Below, piece by piece: positions 17,044 to 26,095 of a stretch of DNA of 43,998 bases. The translations under genes and the position numbers were made by a program. The first letter of the stretch is position 1; each line of letters starts with the position of its first letter. The notes under the pieces are model-generated. The model did not search any database. It saw nothing but the letters and a program-made list of their open reading frames with translations, and was not told the origin of the DNA. This DNA comes from an uncultured Flavobacteriales bacterium (GTDB taxonomy: Bacteria > Bacteroidota > Bacteroidia > AKYH767-A > 2013-40CM-41-45): positions 1-43,998 of the forward strand of contig CAZAON010000022.1 of assembly GCA_964486655.1 (NCBI GenBank). The letters run 5' to 3'.

Positions 17044-20022
17044 ATGCCATCACACGCGAAAATTCTATTTATCGGTTTATTGATTTCTGAAATTTGCTAT
17101 GCTCAATCATCCGTTCTTTCAACGGGCATGTGGTATAAATTAGCTATTTCGCAGGAGGGAGTTTATTGCATTACGCGGTCTGATTTGATTTCGTTAGGCA
17201 TCAATGTATCTTCGATTGATCCCCGAAATTTATCGGTATATGGAAATAAAGCGGGAATGCTGCCCTATGATATGGCATTATCGCCTGCAAATGACCTCAA
17301 AGAAATAGCCATTGAAATTAAAGGAGAATCGGATGGAGTTTTTGATGCAGGTGATACAATATTTTTTTATGGTGAGTCACAAAATGTGAGGTATTTCGAT
17401 AACCAGACAAATACATTCAGGCATAAAACTAATATTTATTCTGACAGCACATTTTATTTTTTAACAATAGGAACTGCACCGGGTAAAAGAATTCAGACTA
17501 AAAATAATTTAGTAACATTTACATATGTCAGCAATGGATATAATGAATTTATCTGGCATGAAAAAGATTCGGTTAATTTTTTGCATTCGGGCCAGCAGTG
17601 GTTTGGTGAGGAACTATCCACTCCCGGGAATAATACCTTCGGTGTTTATAACGATATAACACATATTGTTCCGGGTGATTCATTAAAGATTCGGTATTCT
17701 TATGTCGCGAGGAAATTAAATTCTGCAACATGTAACATGCTGGTCTCATTCGGATCCCCGGTTAATTCACAAAGTATTTCTGCGGTAGGAAACAGTCCGC
17801 AGGATTCTTATGCATTATATTATCAGGGTACAGACAACATTGCAAACCCGAATGTTAATGCACCATTATCATTTACCCTTCAATGTCCCGATACTGTACA
17901 TGCATACATAGATTATTTTGAATTAAATTTTTTAAGCAAACTCGAACTGTACAAACCGCAGCAGATTATCTCCGATTTGAATGGAAGTATTGGCAGAATC
18001 ACAAAGTATCAGATTGCAAATGCAAATCCTTCGGTAAAAATCTGGGATATAACAGATCCTTTAAATGTTACCGCGCAGCAATTTCAAGCGGCATTTCCGA
18101 CAATAGAATTCAATGCTGCAAATGATTCTCAGATAGCATTTATCGCTTTTGACGGCACGGCATATTATACTCCAACCCTGATCGGACAAGTTGCAAATCA
18201 GAATTTGCATTCAATTGGCGCACGAGATAATCTGATTATTACAATTCCGGAGTTTCTGAATGAGGCTAATACGCTTGGTGCTTTCAGGCAATCTCACGAT
18301 GGATTGCAAACGGAAGTTGTTACGACTACACAGATTTACAATGAGTACTCAACTGGTTCTCAGGATCCCGTGGGCATCAGAAATTTTATAAAACAGGTTT
18401 TTGATTCTTCAGTAATAACCGGCGACTCATTGAAATATGTTTTGCTATTTGGAAGTGGATCGTATGATTTCAGAGGAAGACTTGGATATCATTCAAGCTT
18501 TGTTCCGACATTTCAGTCAGCCGGCTCATTGAACAGGACATTGACTTTCAATGCGGATCAATTCTATGCTTACATGGATGGCAGCAGTATGTCTGCACCC
18601 GGGTCAAACATAATGCTTGCGGTTGGACGAATTCCTGTTCGTACAGTTTCCGAGGCTTCAGTTGTCAATAGGATAATTGACTACAGTTCTTCAGGTTCAT
18701 ATGGGCATTGGAGAACAAAGATTTTTGCGGTTGCAGATGATCAGGATCATAATACACATTTTAAGCAGATGGACACACTTTGCAACCGGCTGGAGGATGC
18801 ACATTGTGAATTTGATATTGACAAGATTTATATTGATTCATATCCACAGGATACGACCGGCGGAATACATACTTATCCGGGTGCGAGATATGATATTGAG
18901 AAGGGTTTTCAGAATGGTGGGTTGGTTATGCATTACATCGGGCATGGCGGAGTAAATGGCTGGGCTGAGGAAAATATTTTAGACTCTCTGTTATTACAGT
19001 CAGTGAATAATATTAACAGAGCTCCATTGATAGTTTGTGGAAGTACTTCGTTTAATCAGTACGACGATCCGGAAATTAATTCATGTGCCAGAATATTGAC
19101 AACTTCTTTGAATAGTTCAGGCATTGCTTCAATTTCGTCAACCCGGCTCGCATTCTCAAGTTCAAATTTTAACCTGGATTCCAGAATATTATTTCATCTA
19201 TATAACAAAGTAAACGGCGAATACCTGAGGCTTGGAGATGTTTGGAAAAGGGCGAAGCAGGATTATTATACCGATCCATATACTTACTCAAATTGCCTGC
19301 TTGGTGATCCTTCAATGCGATTGAATTTTCCTGAGAATGATATAGTCATTACAGCAGTAAATGGCAATCCGGTTACAGCTATCCCGGATACAATTTTACC
19401 CGGACAGGCCTTGCAATTAAACGGTGAAATACATGACCCGTCGGGATCTTTATTAACATCATTTAATGGTACAGTCGATTTGATGATTTTTGATCAAAAA
19501 ACTTTCCATCAAACATTAGCTAATGATTCTATCGGGCCGGACATAAGTACGGTTCAGCCGTTTTATGAATGGGATGATACGATTAACTTTGTACCGGTTA
19601 CAGCTCCGGTGATAAACGGAGTTTTCAGTATTAACTATGTGTTCCCTTATAATTTAGACTCTGCAATCGGAACGGGAAGAATAAGTTTGTATGCGAATGA
19701 CGGTACAACGGATGCATCAGGTTGCTTTGAAAATTTTATTCTAAAAAACCTCACATCAGGAATTGATGAAGTGCCGGGGATTTCCGTGATATTATATCCA
19801 AATCCGTCGGATGATAAAATTACATTTGAATTTAAAGGAGAGTTTCCGGCCGGTTTAAATTTCAACTTATTCGATGGGATAGGACAATTGATCAGGAATG
19901 AAAAAATTAAAAGCAGAATATTTACGGTATCAAAAGCTGAGATGTCATCGGGTGTTTATTTTTACAGGATTGTGAATAGGGATAGGGAGTTGATGGGGAG
20001 TGGCAGGGTGGTGTTTGAGTAG
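17044..20022 (+). CDS. porU: type IX secretion system sortase PorU (peptidase C25 family) with a type A T9SS C-terminal domain
   Basis: 992 aa with a signal peptide and the PorU-like N-terminus SSVLSTGMWYKLAISQEGVYCI. The candidate catalytic residues are in YIGHGG (His) and LIVCGST (Cys). The C-terminal sorting domain is ILYPNPSDDKITFEF...GVYFYRI. Confidence 0.75.
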   Translation: MPSHAKILFIGLLISEICYAQSSVLSTGMWYKLAISQEGVYCITRSDLISLGINVSSIDPRNLSVYGNKAGMLPYDMALSPANDLKEIAIEIKGESDGVFDAGDTIFFYGESQNVRYFDNQTNTFRHKTNIYSDSTFYFLTIGTAPGKRIQTKNNLVTFTYVSNGYNEFIWHEKDSVNFLHSGQQWFGEELSTPGNNTFGVYNDITHIVPGDSLKIRYSYVARKLNSATCNMLVSFGSPVNSQSISAVGNSPQDSYALYYQGTDNIANPNVNAPLSFTLQCPDTVHAYIDYFELNFLSKLELYKPQQIISDLNGSIGRITKYQIANANPSVKIWDITDPLNVTAQQFQAAFPTIEFNAANDSQIAFIAFDGTAYYTPTLIGQVANQNLHSIGARDNLIITIPEFLNEANTLGAFRQSHDGLQTEVVTTTQIYNEYSTGSQDPVGIRNFIKQVFDSSVITGDSLKYVLLFGSGSYDFRGRLGYHSSFVPTFQSAGSLNRTLTFNADQFYAYMDGSSMSAPGSNIMLAVGRIPVRTVSEASVVNRIIDYSSSGSYGHWRTKIFAVADDQDHNTHFKQMDTLCNRLEDAHCEFDIDKIYIDSYPQDTTGGIHTYPGARYDIEKGFQNGGLVMHYIGHGGVNGWAEENILDSLLLQSVNNINRAPLIVCGSTSFNQYDDPEINSCARILTTSLNSSGIASISSTRLAFSSSNFNLDSRILFHLYNKVNGEYLRLGDVWKRAKQDYYTDPYTYSNCLLGDPSMRLNFPENDIVITAVNGNPVTAIPDTILPGQALQLNGEIHDPSGSLLTSFNGTVDLMIFDQKTFHQTLANDSIGPDISTVQPFYEWDDTINFVPVTAPVINGVFSINYVFPYNLDSAIGTGRISLYANDGTTDASGCFENFILKNLTSGIDEVPGISVILYPNPSDDKITFEFKGEFPAGLNFNLFDGIGQLIRNEKIKSRIFTVSKAEMSSGVYFYRIVNRDRELMGSGRVVFE

Positions 20023-20040
20023 GATTAATATATGATATTG

Positions 20041-20076
20041 CCTGCATTTTTTCCTGCACTTTCACCTGCACTTTGA
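20041..20076 (+). repeat. three tandem 12-mers CCTGCAyTTTnn
   Basis: cctgcatttttt cctgcactttca cctgcactttga, lying between the porU stop and the four-helix-bundle gene stop. Confidence 0.85.
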
Positions 20077-20109
20077 CATACACCAGTTTTTTATAAGTCA
20101 AATTATGAT

Positions 20110-20460
20110 TCAAATTGATAACTGCTTTTCCATTGTGAATAGCATCTTTACTATCACTTCTGCTTTCGAACACAAATCAGCATGCATAGATTCATCGATT
20201 TTAAAATCTCTTTTAAGCAAATCCAGAATTGCAACACATTCATAAAGTGAACCCCTTGCCATCGTGTAAAATCGTTTCCTGTCAGCACTTGAGAAGCGGC
20301 TTGTACCTTCTGCAATATTCAAAGTAATACTCATTAAGGCCCTTCGAAGTTGATCTTTTGCTATTTTGTCTGTTAATTTTTTATCGATAATTTCATTATT
20401 AAGGACAGAGTAGAAATCTAGCGATTTTTGATATACTATAAGTTTTTGAAAATCCAGCAT
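20110..20460 (-). CDS. four-helix-bundle protein (23S rRNA intervening-sequence protein / Avd family)
   Basis: 116 aa and all-helical. The motifs FQKLIVYQKSLDF, LNIAEGTSRFS..D...F and ARGSLYE are typical of this family. Confidence 0.85.
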   Translation of the reverse strand: MLDFQKLIVYQKSLDFYSVLNNEIIDKKLTDKIAKDQLRRALMSITLNIAEGTSRFSSADRKRFYTMARGSLYECVAILDLLKRDFKIDESMHADLCSKAEVIVKMLFTMEKQLSI

Positions 20461-20562
20461 AATTTATTTTTTCGTAATGTCTGAAGGATCTGTCAGCTTT
20501 AAAAACTGTATAGTAGGGAACTTTTATGTGGTTTAATTTAATAGTGGTTTTGTAATTGGTTT

Positions 20563-20812
20563 AAGTCAAAGTGTAGTAGCAAGACTTTCACTACTTCCAC
20601 TTTATACACACTCTTTGCATAAAGTAAATTGTGTTGGTTTAGTGTAGGTCAAAGTGTAAGTTTAAGTGTAGGTTTAAGAGTATGTATTTCACACTTAAAC
20701 TTACTCATACTCATACTCATACTCCGCACTTAGTCTTTATACTTACGACCTACACTATTTCGCTAGAGTAAGAGTTTAGTGTAAAAGTAGTGTAAGAGTA
20801 AGTTTAAGATTA
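20563..20812. repeat. mosaic of inverted short-word repeats (AAGTGTAGG / CCTACACT family) with nested hairpins and (TCATAC)x3
   Basis: Perfect inverted repeats at 20640-20650 / 20747-20757 (11 bp) and 20656-20669 / 20691-20704 (14 bp). (TCATAC)x3 lies at 20705-20722. C-poor and G-poor blocks alternate. Confidence 0.8.
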
Positions 20813-20820
20813 TGAGTAGG

Positions 20821-21894
20821 TTAAAATACACCCTCCTTCAATCTCTCCGCATTTTCCGCCAACTGCAATGCATCAATCATTTCCTGAATATCCCCATCAA
20901 TAAAAGATTGCAAATTGTACATCGTCATTCCAATGCGGTGATCGGTTATTCTTGACTGTGGGTAGTTGTAGGTGCGGATTTTAGCAGAACGGTCTCCTGT
21001 CGAAACCATCGTTTTGATTTTCTTCGAACGTTCTTCCATTCTCTTATTGTACTCAACTTCATAAATACGAGAACGAAGTACTGCAAGCGCTTTGTCGTAG
21101 TTTTTCAACTGGGATTTCTGATCCTGGCATTGTGCTACAATTCCTGTAGGAATGTGAGTAAGACGAACGGCAGAGTAGGTGGTATTCACCGATTGTCCGC
21201 CCGGACCTGACGAGCAGAAAAGATCTTTACGGATATCATTTGCATGAATGGTAACATCCAGTTCATCGGCTTCGGGAAGTACAACAACAGTAGCGGCGGA
21301 AGTATGAACTCTTCCCTGTGTTTCGGTTTGCGGAACTCGCTGAACACGATGAACGCCACTTTCGTATTTTAAAATTCCATAAGCGCCATCACCGTGTACT
21401 TCAAAAATTATTTCTTTAAATCCGCCCGCTGTTCCCTGGGTAAAATCGACTAATTCAATTTTCAGATTATTTCTTTCGCAGAATTTCGTATACATCCTGT
21501 ACAAATCACCGGCAAATATGCTGGCTTCGTCACCACCTGTTCCGGCACGAATTTCCATGATTGCATTCTTATCATCTTCCGGATCTTTTGGTACAAGCAT
21601 GAAGCGGATTTTTTCTTCCATTTTATCCACTTTTTCCGTCAGCTCGTCGGCTTCAATTTTTGCCATTTCACGGAACTCTTCATCCTTTTCATTAGCAAGA
21701 ACATTCCTTGCGTTTTCCAGGTTGCTGACAAGATCTTTATACTCGTAATATTTCTCTACGATCTCTTTCAGATTCTTATATTCACGGTTCATCTGGGCGA
21801 ACTTCTTCATATCACTCATTACATGCGGTGAGCTGAGTTGAAGTTCTACATCTTCAAAACGGTTTTTTATATTTTCTAATTTATCTAATAACAT
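20821..21894 (-). CDS. prfA: peptide chain release factor 1
   Basis: 357 aa with the GGQ motif ([11 protein letters not shown]) and the RF1-type PxT tripeptide (PQT). Confidence 0.95.
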   Translation of the reverse strand: MLLDKLENIKNRFEDVELQLSSPHVMSDMKKFAQMNREYKNLKEIVEKYYEYKDLVSNLENARNVLANEKDEEFREMAKIEADELTEKVDKMEEKIRFMLVPKDPEDDKNAIMEIRAGTGGDEASIFAGDLYRMYTKFCERNNLKIELVDFTQGTAGGFKEIIFEVHGDGAYGILKYESGVHRVQRVPQTETQGRVHTSAATVVVLPEADELDVTIHANDIRKDLFCSSGPGGQSVNTTYSAVRLTHIPTGIVAQCQDQKSQLKNYDKALAVLRSRIYEVEYNKRMEERSKKIKTMVSTGDRSAKIRTYNYPQSRITDHRIGMTMYNLQSFIDGDIQEMIDALQLAENAERLKEGVF

Positions 21895-21896
21895 AT

Positions 21897-21956
21897 GGGG
21901 TTTCGGGTTGGTGCCTTATGGTTTTGAGGCGACAAAAATGTTTCGGGTTTCGGGTT
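21897..21956 (-). repeat. AACCCGA-type heptamer patches upstream of prfA
   Basis: The plus strand reads ggggtttcgggttggtg at 21897-21913 and gtttcgg gtttcgg gtt at 21940-21956. Confidence 0.8.
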
Positions 21957-22007
21957 ACTTGTCCTGAGCTTAGCCGAAGGTCGGGTTTCTTAATATTGCC
22001 CGTACCG

Positions 22008-22028
22008 TAATTTTTAATTTTTAATTTA
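22008..22028 (-). repeat. tandem heptamer array TAAATTA AAAATTA AAAATTA (minus strand)
   Basis: The plus strand reads taatttt taatttt taattta. It lies 8 nt after the stop of the AIR-synthase-like gene. Confidence 0.8.
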
Positions 22029-22036
22029 ATCTAAAG

Positions 22037-23242
22037 CTACTTGAAGTATTCAAACGTTCCATTTGGTGAACTGACAGTTACTTTCGCTTTAGAAGATTTT
22101 TCGCATCGTCCGATTATTTGAGCATCTATTCCGAATGATTCTGCCGTTTCAATCATAAAAGGCGCGTCTTCCTGTTTGCAATAAACTTCCATGCGGTGAC
22201 CCATATTGAAAACTTTGTACATTTCCCTGTAATCGGTCTTGCTTTCATCGTGAATAAGCCTGAAGAGTGGTGGTGTTTCAAAAAGGTTATCTTTAATGAC
22301 GTGTAAGTCGCTAATAAAGTGTAAAACCTTAGTTTGTCCGCCTCCGCTGCAATGGATAAGTCCGTTTACAGCCGATGAAGCAGTCGAAAGAATTTTCTTT
22401 ATAACCGGAGCATACGTTCTCGTTGGCGAAAGAACAAGTTTAGCAGCAGGTATTTTTTCCTTTATTATTGATCCGTTATGATTGTAATCTACTTCAATCA
22501 TATCGGTTAATTTTTTTGTTCCGGTGTAAACAACATCTTTATTTAATCCGCCGTCGAATGTTTCAGGATATTTTTCAGCTAATTCTTTTCCAAATACATC
22601 GTGACGGGCAGATGTTAATCCGTTACTTCCCATACCACCATTGTATTCGATTTCATAAATTGATTTACCATAGGAAGCAAAGCCAACTATTACATCACCG
22701 TCACCAATTTTTTCATTCGAAATTATTTCATCTCTTCTCATCCTGCATGTGACAGTTGAGTCAACTATTATTGTCCTGACAAGATCTCCTACATCGGCAG
22801 TTTCACCGCCTGTTGAATGGATATTAATTCCGTTGTTTCGCAGCATTTCCAGGAATTCTTCCGTTCCGTTGATAATGGCTGAAATAACTTCGCCCGGAAT
22901 CAATCGTTTATTTCTGCCGATGGTTGAAGATAGAAGAATCTTATTCGTAGCTCCGACGCAAATAAGGTCATCGGTATTCATAACAATCGCATCCTGTGCG
23001 ATCCCTTTCCAAACCGACAGGTCTCCGGTTTCTTTCCAGTAGGCATAGGCGAGAGACGACTTCGTGCCGGCTCCGTCTGCATGCATGATAATGCAATGAT
23101 CCTTGCTGCCCGATAAATAATCAGGAACGACCTTGCAGAATGCATTCGGAAAAAGTCCCCTGTCTAAGGACTTAATTGCCTCATGGACATCCTCCTTGGT
23201 GGCTGAAACCCCACGCTGACTGTATTTTTCCTGACTGTTCAC
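22037..23242 (-). CDS. AIR synthase-related protein (PurM-like phosphoribosylformylglycinamidine cyclo-ligase, long Bacteroidota form)
   Basis: 401 aa with N-terminal YSQRGVSATKEDVHEAI and a PurM-like N/C domain pattern. The start is GTG. Confidence 0.8.
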   Translation of the reverse strand: MNSQEKYSQRGVSATKEDVHEAIKSLDRGLFPNAFCKVVPDYLSGSKDHCIIMHADGAGTKSSLAYAYWKETGDLSVWKGIAQDAIVMNTDDLICVGATNKILLSSTIGRNKRLIPGEVISAIINGTEEFLEMLRNNGINIHSTGGETADVGDLVRTIIVDSTVTCRMRRDEIISNEKIGDGDVIVGFASYGKSIYEIEYNGGMGSNGLTSARHDVFGKELAEKYPETFDGGLNKDVVYTGTKKLTDMIEVDYNHNGSIIKEKIPAAKLVLSPTRTYAPVIKKILSTASSAVNGLIHCSGGGQTKVLHFISDLHVIKDNLFETPPLFRLIHDESKTDYREMYKVFNMGHRMEVYCKQEDAPFMIETAESFGIDAQIIGRCEKSSKAKVTVSSPNGTFEYFK

Positions 23243-23260
23243 CTGATTTAAAATTTAATG

Positions 23261-23268
23261 CAAAGGTA
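23261..23268 (-). promoter_or_regulatory. candidate -7 promoter box TACCTTTG
   Basis: The reverse complement of caaaggta matches TAnnTTTG. It lies 18 nt upstream of the GTG at 23242. Confidence 0.4.
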
Positions 23269-23286
23269 GGAGTAATTAATTTGTCA

Positions 23287-23327
23287 ATAAAAAAGAGCGT
23301 CCCGCCATAATTGACGAAACGCTCTTT
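23287..23327 (-). terminator. rho-independent terminator of the OmpA/LysM gene
   Basis: The minus strand has stem aaagagcgt / acgctcttt with an 18-nt loop, followed by ttttattg. Confidence 0.7.
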
Positions 23328-23343
23328 AATACTAAAAACAACG

Positions 23344-25848
23344 CTACTGCGCTATTCTGATTCTTTTTCCGACTCTTAACTGATCTTCAGCGATTCCTTT
23401 ATTCATTTTTTTAAGGTCACCAACTTTAACGTTCAGTTTTTTTGAAAGGGCCTGCCAGTTGTCTTCTCCTTTTTCAACGGTATAGAAGTTTTTATCGTAT
23501 TCCGTATAGTCACCACCGGGAGTTACCTTTAATTCCATTCCCTCATATGGCATTTCACCCTTAAGTCCGTTTAAAGCTTTAAGATCCTTCACAGTCATTT
23601 CGTACTGCTTGGCAATAGTGTTGTAGGTGTCGTTTTTCTTTACGACATAAATTTCACCCGGACCGGATTTAGTTTCTTTAACCGAATCTGCTTCAGGTTT
23701 TGTTTCCGGAGAGTCAGTTGCAATAACTGCTGCACCGGTAGCGGCACCTGCGGCAGCGGCAGCGCCGGTTTCAGCTCCGGTTCCCGCGGCGTCTGCAGGT
23801 TTGTCCTTACTTTCTATTGGTTCGGCTGATGAACTTTTTTGTTCCTGCAGATTGATATTATCAATATTCCCCTGAGGTTTTACGAAATTGGTGCGTAACA
23901 CTTTGAATTCGGTGCGACGATTAAGCTGATGTGCTTCCTCTTTAAGTTTCTTTGATTTTAAATTGTCAATGAAAGCATCGTTCAACACATCGCCTTCTTT
24001 GAAGCTTCCCATGTCTTTGATCAGTGTACGAGGCACTGTCTGGCCATATCCGTGATACTCCAGTCGCTCCTTATCAATTCCCTTTGAAATAAGATATTCA
24101 ACAACCGATTTCGCCCGGCGTTGTGAAAGTGTATCGTTTGTCATTGGGATAGGACGGGAGTCGGTGTGTGAACCGATCTCAATCACGATAGTTGGATTTT
24201 CGTTAAGCGTTAGAATAAGTCCGTCGAGTGCTTTATTTGATTCAGGTCGCAGGTTCCATTTCGCAAGATCATAATAAACCTCCGGCAATTCGATAGCACG
24301 CAGTGTTGAGCGTAAAGCGAAGTCAAAGTCACCGATGAAATCTTTGGATTGTTCCTGACCGACGGTAGAAACTTCCATATACTTCACAAGGTAATTACTC
24401 ATGGTTGCGGAAAGCTTATATGAAGTTTCCGGTTTCAGGTCAAATTTATAAGCACCTGTTTTGTCTGTTTTGTATGGAATTGAAGAGCCGTCGCTACCGA
24501 ATAATTCAATCGTAGCGCCTTCAATATTTCCTTTTGTATCTGCGTCGAATACCTTTCCTGAAACAGTAAAAACCAGAGGAGGGAGGTACCATGAATAGAT
24601 ATCATCTCCGCCTTTTCCGCCTTCGCGGTCGGAACTAAGGAAGCCACGGTCTCCCGATATTTCGTCTATTATAAAAGCAAAATCATCATGCGAAGAGTTA
24701 ACGGGGTATTTCATGTTAACGGGTTCTTCGAATGTTCCGTTTGAATATTTAGACATGAAAACATCAAGTCCGCCCATCCCGACATGACCTCTCGAAGAAA
24801 AATACAATACGCTGTCAGATGTGATATACGGAAAAAGTTCATCCAGTTCGGTATTGATTTTATCACCGGCATTTACGGGAGTTCCCCAATATTTTGTTTT
24901 CTTATCCCATCTCGTTATCCAGATATCCTTGCCGCCAAATCCGCCGGGCATATCCGATGAAAAGTAAATCGTCTGTTCGTCAGCCGAAAGAGAAGGATGG
25001 CCAACAGTAAAACTATCCGGAGCTAGTAATACCACTTTTGGATCTTCCCAGGTAGCACCTTTTCTTTTGGTAAAGTAAATATCACAGACGCCAATTTTGC
25101 CTTTTTCCGTTTCACAGCGGGTAAAATATAAATCCTGCCCTTTTGCATCCATTGCAGTACCACCCTCACTTGCATTTGAATTGATTGGTTCCAATAATGG
25201 TTTCGGGCTGCTCCATTTACCTTTTTTGTCAACGGCTGCCTCGAACATATCCTGGAATTTTTCCCCTGTCCAGCCATCGTTATTTTTACCAATAGCTTCC
25301 TGACGGGCAGAGCTGAAGATGATATGACGATGATCCTTATTCGAATAGGTCACTCCAAAATCGGAATATTTGGTGTTAATGGCGGCAACATTTTCGATCC
25401 TGTATCTTACGGGCTTGTCTCTCCATTTCTGAGCCTGTTCGCATGACTGAACACCCAGATCTGCAAGCGGATCAGAGTCATTCAGCTTTTTATAATTGTT
25501 GTACTGGACAATTGCTTCAGGGTATTTTCCTCCCATCTTGAGGGCGTCGGCATACCTGAGAATTGCCATGGCGTTTTTGGGACTGGCTTTTACGGCCTTT
25601 GCATACCAGACTTCCTGATTTTTATAATCATTCGTCATGCGATACGATTCTGCAACCATGAAAATGAATTCAGCACGTTTTACTTTGTTCTTTTCTTTTG
25701 AAAAGGCTTTCTTGTAAAGCGTTGCGGCATCATAGTAGTCTCCTTTTGCATAAGCAAGCTCAGCCTGAGCTACGGCCGGGCGTTGTGCGAAAGAAGTTGT
25801 TGCGATGAAGAAAAATACGATTGAAAAACAGACCTTAATAATTTTCAT
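23344..25848 (-). CDS. OmpA-family outer-membrane-associated protein with TPR, TolB-like beta-propeller, CarboxypepD_reg, OmpA_C and two LysM domains
   Basis: 834 aa from MKIIKVCFSIVFFFIATTSFAQ (signal peptide). It has an OmpA_C domain (NRRTEF) and two C-terminal LysM-like repeats after an Ala/Gly-rich linker. I prefer the internal ATG at 25848 over the listed start at 25944. Confidence 0.85.
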   Translation of the reverse strand: MKIIKVCFSIVFFFIATTSFAQRPAVAQAELAYAKGDYYDAATLYKKAFSKEKNKVKRAEFIFMVAESYRMTNDYKNQEVWYAKAVKASPKNAMAILRYADALKMGGKYPEAIVQYNNYKKLNDSDPLADLGVQSCEQAQKWRDKPVRYRIENVAAINTKYSDFGVTYSNKDHRHIIFSSARQEAIGKNNDGWTGEKFQDMFEAAVDKKGKWSSPKPLLEPINSNASEGGTAMDAKGQDLYFTRCETEKGKIGVCDIYFTKRKGATWEDPKVVLLAPDSFTVGHPSLSADEQTIYFSSDMPGGFGGKDIWITRWDKKTKYWGTPVNAGDKINTELDELFPYITSDSVLYFSSRGHVGMGGLDVFMSKYSNGTFEEPVNMKYPVNSSHDDFAFIIDEISGDRGFLSSDREGGKGGDDIYSWYLPPLVFTVSGKVFDADTKGNIEGATIELFGSDGSSIPYKTDKTGAYKFDLKPETSYKLSATMSNYLVKYMEVSTVGQEQSKDFIGDFDFALRSTLRAIELPEVYYDLAKWNLRPESNKALDGLILTLNENPTIVIEIGSHTDSRPIPMTNDTLSQRRAKSVVEYLISKGIDKERLEYHGYGQTVPRTLIKDMGSFKEGDVLNDAFIDNLKSKKLKEEAHQLNRRTEFKVLRTNFVKPQGNIDNINLQEQKSSSAEPIESKDKPADAAGTGAETGAAAAAGAATGAAVIATDSPETKPEADSVKETKSGPGEIYVVKKNDTYNTIAKQYEMTVKDLKALNGLKGEMPYEGMELKVTPGGDYTEYDKNFYTVEKGEDNWQALSKKLNVKVGDLKKMNKGIAEDQLRVGKRIRIAQ

Positions 25849-25931
25849 TTTTATCCGGTTGTGGCGAAAGGAGAATTTTTTCTCACTCTTACGCAAAGAA
25901 AACAAGAATTTTGTATTGTACCAAGTAATAA

Positions 25932-25959
25932 GTACCATGTACAAAGTACAAAGTATAAC
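25932..25959 (+). repeat. tandem heptamer array GTACCAT GTACAAA GTACAAA GTATAAC
   Basis: Read directly from the sequence. It is the inverted partner of 26074-26095. Confidence 0.8.
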
Positions 25960-26026
25960 TTATTGCGTTTAACGGTTCTATAATAGATTTTCAAAAACTT
26001 ATAAACTAACATTTGTTGTAAATGTG

Positions 26027-26058
26027 TAAAAAAAAGAGTGCCATTTCTGACACTCTTT
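26027..26058 (-). terminator. rho-independent terminator of glnN
   Basis: The minus strand has stem aaagagtg / cactcttt with a 10-nt loop, followed by an 8-T run. Confidence 0.8.
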
Positions 26059-26073
26059 TATCTTATCATTCTT

Positions 26074-26095
26074 AGTACCTTGTACTTTGTACTAA
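26074..26095 (-). repeat. GTACAAA-type heptamer array (minus strand) directly after the glnN stop
   Basis: The minus strand reads TAA|ttagtacaaagtacaaggtact. A 13-bp perfect inverted repeat (26080-26092) pairs with 25939-25951. Confidence 0.8.

Noticed and set aside
20110-20460. Diversity-generating retroelement, because the four-helix-bundle protein is related to Avd
   Set aside because: The window has no reverse transcriptase ORF and no template/variable repeat pair with adenine-specific differences.
20821-21894. Programmed +1 frameshift typical of release-factor genes
   Set aside because: That frameshift occurs in prfB (RF2). This gene is RF1 (PQT motif) and forms a single uninterrupted ORF.
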